Origin: Rhynchobatus australiae
Lineage: Eukaryota
Length of the DNA stretch: 64,000 bases
Assembly: GCA_034780895.1 (NCBI GenBank)
Contig: JAUZTB010000057.1
Coordinates: 23,209,451-23,273,450, forward strand
Reading direction: 5' to 3'
Each line of letters starts with the position of its first letter. Within the stretch, counting starts at the first letter, position 1. Positions 1 to 12,100 of the stretch are shown here, in pieces. Made by a program: the position numbers and the translations under genes. The notes below the pieces were generated by a model that was not told the origin of the DNA, ran no database searches, and worked only from the letters and a program-made list of their open reading frames with translations.

Positions 1-959
1 TTCACTCCTTTAATAATCAGTTAAAATTGCTGTTTGGATGTCCAAATATTCTTCCAACACTGAAAGCAGGGTCCCAATTAATTAGAAAGGTTTCACTAGA
101 GAAATTAACAGTTTTACAAACACAATTGGTAAACACTTTACAAAGTTTAAATTATCTCCAACTATTCAATGGAAAAGATTGCATTGCTGATGAGACATGG
201 AATGCTTTAGCATAGATAGAAGTTGAGATGGAAGCCACCAAAAGAAAACTGGATGCATTTTAAGTAGAAGAGTCAGAACAATGGGGTCCTTTCAGGCCAG
301 AGTATGGCACATTATGAAGCACTTCTTAGCATACTCATGATTACTCGCAAGAAATTTATACATGCCTCAGAGCAATAAAAACAAGCCAGAACAAGTGTGT
401 TTCATCCCTCTTCACATGATATTGTCCAGAGTGCGCAATCTTAATTACTTGGGCCACTGCTCTTTAGAAGTCTAAGTACTATCGGTTTGAGACCTGTACA
501 AAGCAAATAAAAAGAACTTATATCATTTGAGGTAGGGATGAAACAAAATTTGAGAGAATTGTTTGTGCTTATCCATCTAGAAATTCAGAATATATTTGAA
601 GCAGTGTAATGTTTCTAAGTAACATAGCAAATTGAACACTTGAAAACCAGGGCTTCAGGTGTAATTCAGAGTGAACATAGAAAAGCAAGTCTATAGGAAA
701 ACGATACAGGGCATTTAATATCAACAATATTGAATTAGTGCATAAAAGCACTTTCAGAAGTACTTCAAGTGATTTCACAGGTTTACGATTTCATGTTTGT
801 TAGATGTTTACTGATAACATTTACTTTCTGCTTGCCAATTAGTCCCTCTCCTACTTTCTTAGAAATTGTTGGGAAATTAGTTTGTAGATTCAACTTCCTA
901 CCTTGTTAAAAAAAACGTATCTAAACTCCCAAGTCTTATAGTTATTCATCTTTTTGGAT

Positions 960-1720
960 CTGGATGTCACTGGCAAGACCAGCATTTATTACCCAAGCCA
1001 AAATGCCCATCAGAAGGTGGTGGTGAGCCTCTTCCTGAACCACTGCAGTCCTTCTGGTGAAGAATTTGTACCCGGTAGCAAAGAAAGAACCGAAATTTAT
1101 TTCTAAATCAAAATGATGTGCAATTCAGAGAACAAGAATGTGGTGGTAACACTGATAAGCAGGCTTTCCTTGTCTTTCTTGATGGTAGAGGTCACGTTTT
1201 TGGGAGTACTACTGTTGTAGCCTAAATGATTGCGGCAGTACATTATATAGACAGTACACACTGCAGCCGCAGTGCATTGGAGACAGGGTGAATGCATCTT
1301 TAGGATAGTGGATGGAGTAACAGTCAAGTGGATGGTTTTGTCCTGGATGGTATCCAGCTTCCTGGGTGTTGTTGGAGTTGTACTCATTTATCAAGTGGAA
1401 AGTATCCTGATTAACCAATTACTGAATGGAAACATTAACCTCCTTTCTTCTCCAAAGATGCTGTCTGACCCACTGAGTACTTCAACCACTATTTATTTCA
1501 GTATTCTATCACACTCCTACCTTATGCCACGTAGATGGTGAAAGGGCTTTTGGAGTGTCAGTTGAGTCACTCACCACAGGATACAGTCTCTGACCTGCTC
1601 CTTTAGCAACATGGTTGTTTCAGATGGGTTTCTGATCAATCCTGGGTGACCTCCAGGATGTTGATGGCAGAGGACTCAGTAGAGGTAATGCCATTGAAAG
1701 ATAGTTAGACTCTGCCCTTC
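960..1720 (-). mobile_element. Decayed non-LTR retrotransposon 3' fragment (CR1/L2-type family recurrent in this window)
   Basis: Related sequence recurs at about 6360-7480 (+), 35560-36510 (+), 38640-39160 (-) and 44480-45110 (-), with RT C-terminal remnants such as KLDTIQDK. Boundaries approximate. Confidence 0.65.
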
Positions 1721-3891
1721 CCATTCTGCCCTTGAGGAAAAAGGTTCTCGATGAGCAGATGATTCAGAGACCAAGTGAAAAGGTGTGAGGTTTCATAATT
1801 TAGGTAATAAGCATTGGTGGTTTGATGGGCGGCACAACATGGTGGGCCAAAGGGCCTGTATTGTTCTATGGTTCTAAGCATTATGGAATTATTGTCATGA
1901 TAAACTTTAATGGACCATTTATTTTATAAACTACATCTGAAATTGCTGATGATAACAAAGTACATTTACCTTGTAAGTTTAGTATTGGTGTGAATCAACT
2001 TCTACCAAATTGGCAGTGAAGTCAAACCTGATACAATCTGAAACAATGGAGTGAGGAACTTTCCAAATGCAATAAATCCACACCTCCTTAGTTTAAATCC
2101 CCAGATAGTCAAGAGGACATTCAGTTGACAAGCAGTTTTCAAACCCTTATTTATATGTTAAAATTCAGAAACTCTCTCCTTTCCAATCTCTAGGCATTTA
2201 AATTTATAACATGTATCCAGGCATGTAGTGACCTCTCTCATTCCTGGATAGGACATTTAAGCTTCCAGTCAGGCTGGAGCCAAGCATCCTAAGCCCGAAG
2301 CTAAAATGCCAAAACAGATCAGTGCAAATACAATCAGAAGGCATTAGAATACTTGTGTAAACCCAGCTTGCAATCTGTGTAGAAGTATAGTTCATAGTCA
2401 GGCATTATATTTAAAACATTTAAAATTTAAATATCAGAATAAAATTATTTTTATCAATATTCTGTTGTAATATCTCAAATAGGTTTGGCTTTATGTAAAT
2501 TACTACAGGTTTTAAAGGGAAATAAATAGGGAAAATTAATACAGATTAAAATAAGAAAGTCAAGAGACCATTGAATAGCCATCAAATTGAGCAAGTTTGC
2601 TACTATACAAATGCTTTTAATAATACGACAGAAAACATGGATACTTAATAGACATTTTGCAGAACAGAGGATTTTAAATGGTGGCAAATACCTAGAGGAC
2701 AGTGTAGTAAAGGGTTCTTATACACACATCCCCTCCCACTCCTTCATGAGGTTCCACTACCCAAGCTTTGATTATAATAAGCCAACATTTGCCAGCACAA
2801 GCAATCTGGATGAGAGTTTAATTGCTGTACTTCAGATATTTTATGACTACAATTTATTACCTAATTTCCTTTTCCAACAAGGATAGACATCAGGTAGTTT
2901 AACTAGAACCTGCCGTTAGCAAAAAAGGCAAATAAATCAGCAATATGGAAAAATCAAAGATGTATTATAACAGAATTTACTGATAAATGTCAAAAAATGT
3001 TTCAGAAGAGAAATTAAAGATGTCATAAAACATGTGCTTTGTGTTTTCTTATTATATCTGCTAACTTTTTTTATTCAGCAAGATCACATACAAGGTTCAG
3101 GAACCCCAACCCCTCCCTGCCCTCTCCTCTCACTTTCAAATAATTTTTTTTAAGTACATTACAGACACCAGTATTTGCCTGTAATATGCACAACTTGTTT
3201 AAAAGGCTCCTCCAAAAACAGTCNNNNNNNNNNNNNNNNNNNNNATGCATGCCAATAAAGATGACTCATAACTTAAAATTCATTTACCATTACTCGTCTT
3301 CTTTCTTCTTGCCTCAATAGATGGCAAATTGCAAAATAGATATCACAGTGTGTGGTACTGTAAATTCCTTAAATCTATTTTTCATATCCAAAATACTGCA
3401 CATAATGGAAAAATGAAATTAAACAAGGTGCTGGAATTAATCACCCACCTCCAGTCTCTTGTATAAGCCTCCCATGGCTTTGCAGAGAGCTACCTGAATA
3501 ACAAGTTTCCACACTGCTGCTGTGTAACAAATATGCTTTGGACAGCTCACATTATTGACTTGAAATGTTAATTTTGTTTCTCTCCCCTATAGACCCTACC
3601 TAAACTGCTGAGTAATTCCAGCACTTTGTTTTATTTATCATATGCTGAGCCTGTAAGCACAAACTGGCCCACAGGAGTTAGCTGAAAAAGGGGAGCTTTG
3701 CCTTGTTCCACAAACTATGATGTTTTATAGTCCATTTATCGACATTGTATTAGTCCTGGATTTTCACTTACTATTTATGGTGCCTAACCATGCAGGGCCA
3801 TCTTCCCTTTCAACAATTTTCAGAGGAATTTAAGTAATAATAGAGACAGAGATCTGTGGGACCTGAAGTGCCATTATGGAGTTTACCTTAC

Positions 3892-4090
3892 CTGCAAAAT
3901 CAAGCCCTTTATCAACATGTTTAACTCTGTAATGTGCTCTCAAGATGACAGGATCCTGGTAGGCTTCGGTCACACTACAAAAGGGACAGTGCATGTGGCT
4001 ACCTTTAGGATTAGCAGAACATTTCTCATCCTGGCAGAGAACTGGGTTGTAGTTATGCTCTGTTCCTTTAACCCTCACTGATGGATGAGT
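3892..4090 (-). CDS. Internal coding exon of an uncharacterised zinc-finger protein (THPSVRVKGTEHNYNPVLCQDEKCSANPKGSHMHCPFCSVTEAYQDPVILRAHYRVKHVDKGLDFAG)
   Basis: Acceptor ttttatacacag|ACT at 4091 and donor GCAG|gtaagg at 3891. Open frame of 199 nt with C-x4-C, H-x-H-C-x2-C and H-x4-H spacing. Its phase-0 start matches the phase-0 end of exon 8122-8174. No next exon was found in 1-3891. Confidence 0.85.
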
Positions 4091-6359
4091 CTGTGTATAA
4101 AAATCAAGGTAGAAAACATGATTAGAGAAATGTAATTTAAACCCCCACTTCAAAANNNATTCAGTTGTCAATACAATATTTTTGATGTTACAGTACACTC
4201 TCATTCAGTTCAATTTTTGAAACAAAATATGTAGACTATGGTGAGATGGGGAAAAAAAATGGCACACATACATAAAACGGGGATTGCACATCAGAGATCA
4301 AAAGGGATACCAGGGTAGCAGGCACTTTATTTCAGCTGGAGAGGCGCTGGAAAGGGATAGAACTCAAGGCAAAAAAATTGAATTCTTTTTGAAAGAAAAT
4401 TAATTTGGATGCACTCATGCTTAAGTGGAGAAATCTAAGGCACCATCCAGTACTGAAATCCTTTCACTGCGTCTGTGCTGTCAACCAATTTGTTTAAAGT
4501 TGTGAAATTGTAAAGCTGAGAGTTGTCAAAATACAGAGCCTCCCATCTTCAGCTGAATTTTCAGATGTAGTTGAGAAACGAGTTTTGGACTGATCTTTGG
4601 AAAATTTGAGACATGACGTGAAAAAAAGCGTAACTATCATTAGCAATGCTCAGGCTGTGACCCAGTAAGTGAAAAAGCAGCCAACAAAAGGCTGTTCCAC
4701 TCAGCTAGAAAAGCAAGTGGCTTTGATTAGGATGTTGTAATCCACATTTCATATTGTAGGTTAGAGAGGTCAAGGAGAGCAAAGGACTATGCTTCCCAGT
4801 CCGAGTCACAGTCATGTGGGATTTAACTTTGAATTTTGATTTATGCCGCTTTAGTATTGAATCAGAGAGAAAAATCAGATGGGAAAAGATTCAATAATGA
4901 AGCTGATGGCAAGACAAGATTGAATTTGACACTTTGACATGATCAAGGATCACAAAGGACAGGTGATCAAAGATGAGAAGAGGAGGTAGCCTGCAAGTTC
5001 AATGGGTTTGAGGGCAGTATTTTTGAGTTGGGATGATGACAGCAGTTCCTAAAAGATGGCAGTACGTGAGGAAAAGAAACCATTTCTTGTCAGTGAGTAT
5101 GGGGGCCAGTAAGGGAAGTTGTGTTTCATAATTTGGTAAGAATTGAGTTGAGAAAGCAGGATATAGGTCTAATAGACATGTGCAACATTAACAGGATGAA
5201 GCGAGGAAAATGTTGGTTCAGAGGTAGGACAATAGAGCAGAAACAGCCAGGTTAATGGGGTCTATATCTTAGTGACACTGAAGTCCATGAACTCCATTTG
5301 TTTGCTGCAAGAGAGATTAAAATTCTCAGTAACAGCTGTTGCACATACTGGATTCTGGTTAATTTTGTTGGAGTGAAAATCCACACTGCATAGAGAGATA
5401 CAGGAGATTGTTACTAAAATATTAGATTCATTTGATTTACTAAAATTTTTAACTGCCCAACTGTCAAAAATTATATTTGCAATTTGGAAGAAAAATGTTT
5501 CCATTAAATGAACTCCATTAAGCTGAATTTCTTCTCTGTAAACTAAACAACCTAAATATATCCCTGTTGACAATCTTCACCTTCACAGAAATTCACTGAT
5601 TAATTTCTCGATGCAGACTTCCATGCTGTTATTTATAATCTGGGATTTCTAAACATGTTATCCATTTTTAAATTTTAAGTTTTGCTTTTCCGTAATTGGA
5701 TTAATGGAACATTCATTTCTCACTCATTAACTGAGAAAACAGCATCATTACAATGGATTATCAATTTTATTAAGAGTATTTGAAAAATGAAATATCTAAA
5801 ACTGCCCACTGAAAGTTGTATAAGGTCACCATGATGACTGGCACTTCTAAAGTACAGTGCAACCTCAATATAATGCAGGAGACAGCTTTAACACCTGTAT
5901 TATAAGTTATCCAACTATCATCATTTTTAAAATTTTATAATTAAACCATCACATTTGTCTTTGCTTTTGGAACTGTTATGTTTCATTTGAGAAAGGCAAG
6001 TCCAATTCAGCTCATGACCAACTGATCAATATTTTCTGAATCATTGACAAAATAATGGCAGCGTCGTCAACAGAGGTGTCAAGCTACATTTATTCACTAA
6101 TAACCAGTTATCGATGCCCAATCTCAATTTTGCAGCACTCTTTTACAATCCTAATCAAAGCCTTCTGCAAACGTTGACCAAAGAGCTGAATTCCAGAGCA
6201 GAGGTGAAAGTGACTGCCCAGGACGTCAAGGCAGCATTTAGCCAAGTGCATCAAGAAGCCATGATAAAACTGAAGTTAATGGCCACATGGGAAACAACTC
6301 CAATAGTCAGAGTTATACCTTGCACAAAAGAAAGATGGTTGCATTTCAGAATTCAGATT

Positions 6360-7485
6360 TAGAATTTGCTGGAGGTCAATAATTCCAGCCACAGGAGATC
6401 GTCAGGGCATTGTCCTAGGCTCAATTATCTTTAGTTGCCTCAATGACCTTCTTTCCACCATAACGGCAGAATAGGGATGTTCACTGGTACTTTCACAATA
6501 CTCAACTCTCTTCACAACTCCTCTGCAGATGAAGCAAGTCCCCGACAACATTCAAGTAACTTTCATGCCACACAAGTGCCTGGTACCAACTATCTCCAGT
6601 CAGGAAGTCTACCCAGCTACACTTGACATTCAAGGGCATTACCATCACTGAGTCCCCCACCTACAACGTCTTGGGGTGGGGTGGGGTGGGGGTGGTGGCC
6701 TTAAATACTGGGCCACCTAAATACTAAGAATACTGAGCCAGGTCTGAGAGCAGGTATCCTGCAATAAGTAACCACTCCTGACATTCTCCTTACGTCCACG
6801 TGGGTTTCTTTCAGGTGCTCCAGTTTCATCCCACCTCCCAAAAACGTAAAGATTGGCATATTAATTTTTAATTGGCCACTGTAAATTACTCCTAGTGTAT
6901 CAATTAGTAGTAAAAATCCAGTGAAAGAAGGACAAAGAGAGTAACATTGGCTATGGTAGGATTAGTGTAAAAATGAATGCTTAATGGTCAGCACAAACTT
7001 GATGGGCCAAAGGGCCCATTTCAGTGTTGCCTCCATGGCTCTACCCCAAAGGCTTTCCACAAGGCACAATTTAAGAGCATGATGGAGTATTCTCCCCTTA
7101 CTGGCATGACTGCAGCTCCTATGAGGAATCTCAACACATTCAACATCCAAGACAATTTACAGTGGCCAATTAAAAAATTAATATGCCAATCTTTACGTTT
7201 TTGGGAGGTGGGATGAAACTGGAGCACCTGAAAGAAACCCACGTGGACATAAGGAGAATGTCAGGAGTGGTTACTTTTTGCAGGATACCTACTCTCAGAC
7301 CTGGCTCAGTATACTTACTTGGTACCAAATCCACCGCCCTAAACATACATTCTTTCCACCATCACGCACAGTGATTGCAACTGTGTACGATTTACAAAAT
7401 GCATTGCAGTTACAGGCTCAGACCACTCCAACAGCACCAGCCAAATCCATGAGTTCTATGAATAAGAATGTCACTAGGCGAGGAT
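6360..7485 (+). mobile_element. Decayed LINE fragment interrupted by a 5'-truncated SINE (about 6785-7040) and an inverted duplication
   Basis: Colinear similarity to 35560-36510; the SINE body (cacgtgggtttc...ggtgctccagtttc...cccac) matches the other SINE copies. Confidence 0.7.
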
Positions 7486-8121
7486 GCNNNNNNNNNNNNN
7501 NNNNNNNNNNNNNNNNNNNNNNNNNNNNNNNNNNNNNNNNNNNNNNNNNNNNNNNNNNNNNNNNNNNNNNNNNNNNNNNNNNNNNNNNNNNNNNNNNNNN
7601 NNNNNNNNNNNNNNNNNNNNNNNNNNNNNNNNNNNNNNNNNNNNNNNNNNNNNNNNNNNNNNNNNNNNNNNNNNNNNNNNNNNNNNNNNNNNNNNNNNNN
7701 NNNNNNNNNNNNNNNNNNNNNNNNNNNNNNNNNNNNNNNNNNNNNNNNNNNNNNNNNNNNNNNNNNNNNNNNNNNNNNNNNNNNNNNNNNNNNNNNNNNN
7801 NNNNNNNNNNNNNAATATTAACATCAAATCAAATGGTCATTAATCTTGTTTTCTGTTTATTGATTGCATAGCGTTCAAATTGGCTGCCATGCTTTCCTGT
7901 ACACCAAGAGATTGCATGTTAAAAATAATTCACTGGTTATGAAACAATAGGATAATCCGAGGACTAATGAAAAGCAAAGTAAGCAGAGCATTTTCCCCCT
8001 TATGTTCAATCAAAACTATCACCCTGTATTTTCCATTCAGTGCAAAAGGGATGGTGCTTGCCATCTACTTCAAAGAAATTAGTTCACAAAGCTTATGTGG
8101 GCTACATAGCACGTACTTTAC

Positions 8122-8136
8122 CTTTCCGGGTATCAT
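8122..8136 (-). CDS. Probable first coding segment (MIPGK) of the zinc-finger gene, within a 53-nt exon at 8122-8174
   Basis: Acceptor tcttgactttgccag at 8175 and donor GGAAAG|gtaaag at 8121. ATG in aaaATG context at 8136-8134. Splices in frame to 4090, giving MIPGKTHPSVRVKG. Confidence 0.65.
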
Positions 8137-8409
8137 TTTCTGTATACCACCTTCCAGCACAGTGATATCACCATCTGGCAAAGTCAAGACTTTTCACAGA
8201 AAGTAAACCAGGAAATAAAAGAAATGCACCTTTTTATATATTTACTGAGAAAGAAATAAAGACTGCTACATATAGACAGGGATAAAATGGAAGCTGAAAT
8301 ATAAACATTGTTTTTAAAAAACATGGAATTAGGAAATATTTATGCTAAGCCAATTATATTCCTGGTATAATACCAATTTTGGAGTTTAGCAGTAATTGTG
8401 AAAAAAAAA

Positions 8410-8790
8410 TAAAGAATGACATTTATATAGTGCTTTTCATAACCCTTTCAGGAAATCTCAAATAACTCTAAAATGAACAAAATGCTTCTGAAGTTGTACT
8501 CACTCTTATGTTAAAGGTGATGGAGCGGCCAATTTGCAAACATTAAGTTCCCTCAAATAGCAATGTGATAATGACTAGATAATCAATTTTTTTTCCTTTG
8601 TTGATTCAGGAATAAATACTTGCTACACCATCAGGGAAAACTCCCCCGTACTTTACAGGAACTTTATGCCTACTTGACAGAGTAAATGTCTTAGTTTAAC
8701 AGCTCATCCAAAAGAAACAACTCAGTGTGGATTACACTAGAATATCAACATACCTGTTTTGGTGTCTGAGGTGGGATTTGAACCATCCAG
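8410..8790 (-). mobile_element. Ancient Deu-domain-type SINE remnant with an L2-like tail (opposite-orientation remnant at about 7814-7965)
   Basis: gcggccaatttgc...aaatagcaatgtgataatgactagataatc resembles the reverse complement of the recalled DeuSINE core. Confidence 0.5.
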
Positions 8791-8804
8791 ACTAAATGCT
8801 TAGC

Positions 8805-9188
8805 AGGTGCTCGAGAGAGTGGTGGACTCTGCCTAATACATCACAGACACATCCCTCCCCATCATCGGTAGTATCTACAGGAGGTGCTGCCTCAAGAAGG
8901 TTATATCCATCATCAAAGATCCCCACCATCCAGGTCATGTCATCTTTTCACAGCTACCATTAAGCAGGAGGTACAGAAGCCTTAAGTCCCACACCACCAG
9001 GTTCAAGAACAGCTACTTCCCTTCAACCATTCACTTTTTGAACCAACTAGCAAAACCCTAATTACCTCTACAGTTTAGCAACACTATGACCACTCTGATC
9101 ACTTTGCAATAAATGGACTGCTTTTTTCTTGTAAAACTGGTGTATAATATTTATGTTTTTCTTGTGAATGCTGCTTATATGCCTATGA
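8805..9188 (+). mobile_element. Retroelement 3' fragment (catcaaagatccccaccatccagg...accaccaggttcaagaacagctacttccc); related tail at about 21335-21525
   Basis: Recurrent dispersed repeat; family not firmly assigned. Confidence 0.55.
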
Positions 9189-12100
9189 NNNNNNNNNNNN
9201 NNNNNNNNNNNNNNNNNNNNNNNNNNNNNNNNNNNNNNNNNNNNNNNNNNNNNNNNNNNNNNNNNNNNNNNNNNNNNNNNNNNNNNNNNNNNTAAAAAAT
9301 TCTAGGCTACTGTTGCATTTGTTGCCATTCTTATTTTGCCACTTCAATTCTCAAAGTCTTAAAAAAAACAGTAAAACATTTACTTCACTGAACAGCTACA
9401 AGTTATAGATATATATTCAAATACTTCATAAACATAAATTCAAGCAGACTTCCTTATACAAAGATTATGAAGCATATAAACCTATTGCCATTTTGTGACA
9501 GTTTCTCTAACTCAAAGCAAATTATGGCATTCTTCTGCAAAGTACATTCAACTATTCAAGTTCTACATGCATAATCCTTAAATTTTCATAAGAGCTATTA
9601 ACAAAAGTTTTTTTAAAAAAACGTCTTAATATGTTTACCTACCACTATATTGCATTATAGACTGTGCGCTATACCAGCATGTAGCTTTTAAAACTTTCAT
9701 TTAATAATAAATTTTCTATTTTGCATGAGACACATCCATGGCAAACAAAAGCAAAAATCACCTGTCAAAAGTTATTCTCAAAGCTAATATAGTTTTAATT
9801 TAGACTTTGCAAATGTCAGTTTTCAAACATGAAAATCTCTTGACAGATGTCAGTTCACATTTAAGTTAAAATGACATCCTAGACATATGTAAATTTCTAC
9901 TATGCACAGTGAATTCCTCAACTACAATCACGAACAGATTGTAGCACAGGTAAAGGCTAGTATTCTTTGATTGCATTTATCAAATAAGGTGACAATGCAA
10001 TAAGTTATTGTGAATGTGAACTGGGGTGGGGGTGGGGGTGGGGTGGAGATGAAGAGGAATAGTGGGGAGGAGAATACTATGATTTTGCCTGACAAGTGGT
10101 AGGGAGAATATTTCCACAGAGATTCAAACCTAAAGCCTGCACAAATATAAAGCAGTGATGGTGCTTGCATGGAATACAAATTCAAATAGACATCTGTCGC
10201 AACAAATGTATTTTATCTCTAACCACTGGTCCCTAACAAATATTCAGAACAGATCAGACGTTTTAAGAAGTTTAAATCCATTTTTGGATCCAGTCCAACT
10301 GTTCTTACCAAGGCAATTTCCATGAGTAGCTGCAAAATATCTCGGAAAGAGATAACAACAACTTTCCCCTTTGAAGCTTTACTCCACAGTTACTTGACTT
10401 GTCCTCTAAGCTTACCATATATCTATCTATAACAGTTTATGTCTATCACCTGTTTCCAACAATTAGAAGATCACGTTTCATGAAGATGCAATCTTGAAGG
10501 TAAATGAAGCTTTTTACTTTTTCATGGTCTAAGGGATTTGGTGACAAAACAGGCTTTATTACTTGTCCATAATTATCCTTCAGAACCTGGGGCTGAGCTG
10601 ACTTTAGTGGTTTGATCCAAATGAGCTGCTTATGAGGCCATTTTCAGAAGATATTCAGGAGTCAACCATATAGCTGTGGTCCAGAGCCACAAATAAACCA
10701 GATCAGGCAACGGCAGATTTCCTTCCTTCAAGGCTATATGTAAACTAGATGAAATTTTTACAATATCCCATAATTACACAATTGCTATTGCTAATAGGAC
10801 NNNNNNNNNNNNNNNNNNNNNNNNNNNNNNNNNNNNNNNNNNNNNNNNNNNNNNNNNNNNNNNNNNNNNNNNNNNNNNNNNNNNNNNNNNNNNNNNNNNN
10901 CTGAGTTCCTCCAGCACTTCTTGTGTATTGCTCCAGATTCCAGCATCTGCAGAATATTTTATGTCTGAGAACCTTCCTTTGCGTTTGCTGCTGTGCTGTG
11001 ATCTGAATGGATCTGGTTTCTAATGTTCTCTATGATTCAAGCAGCTGCTTTTATTTCATGAGATGGGCAGTTTGTATTTTTTTTCAATGTGTTATAAATA
11101 TTCTAGAATTGCCTACTTTACTGCAGTAAAATGGGTTAGAGAGAGGCAGAAATGTAGTGCAATCTTCTATCTCCTGGTGAGTGTAGAGAATACACATAAG
11201 ATTAAACAAGTTTCTATTGTCTTCTTTCTATGAAGCACTTATCACCACTTTAAAGATGGTTAGAAAGTAAAAATAGTAGTTTGGGTATCAGATATTGGTT
11301 GCCAGATTCAAGGAAAACAGATGTCACCCAAGAAATAGTGAGGGTCTGGAATTCACAGCCCCGGAGGGAAGTAGGAGGAGGAGCTCTTTTCACATCTGAT
11401 GACCATTTAATGAGCAATAGCCTGGGAGCTGTGGACCAGGGCCTGGGAAGTGGAGAGCTGGTTATTTATTGTCCCATTGGTCACCTATTTCCAGCTTAGA
11501 AGGAGATCAATGAGCTGTTATTACCAGTCTTGAGGCACTAACTTAATACTTTCCGAGATAGGCTCCTGTGACTGGATTGTGTCTGTATCATTCAAGGTAT
11601 TGTTGAAGTTCAATGCAATGGTAAAATGTGGACATGAAATTGAATCTTGCTGCTCATGATTTGTAAAAATACTGCTTAAAATTAGTTAATAACATGATAA
11701 AATCTCCCTCTATTTTTAATTCACACTTGTTAACAAACAATGGAATTACAGTTATAAATATCTGAAAAACACACCAATAGGTGAACAACAGGTAAGCAAT
11801 AGGTAAAAACTACAGAATATTTCCTTGCCATTTACAAAATTGATAAGGATGAAAAAAAAGCATTTGGCCCCATCTTCAATAATCTATCTAGAGAAAACAT
11901 TCAGCTGTTTAAGAGATTCAGAAGTTTATTTTCTTTGTGATCATCCCTGGCTGCTGTGCGAAGCATGTCATGACACCAGTCCTAAACTTGAATCCACCTG
12001 TACTGAAGTATTGCTTTATATTTATCATTTGTAGAATACATTATAAAGTAATCAAGAGGTGGTCTGACAACTGATCAAGATTTTAGCACCTGAATTCTGT

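Noticed and set aside
1969-2040. Possible next exon of the zinc-finger gene (AG...gtaaat on the minus strand)
   Set aside because: Stop codons in the frames I checked, including the phase-1 continuation. The next exon is probably left of the window.
7468-7871. Long ORFs consisting of X residues (also at 13.1, 15.2, 28.5, 45.2 and 57.2 kb)
   Set aside because: Artefacts of N-runs.
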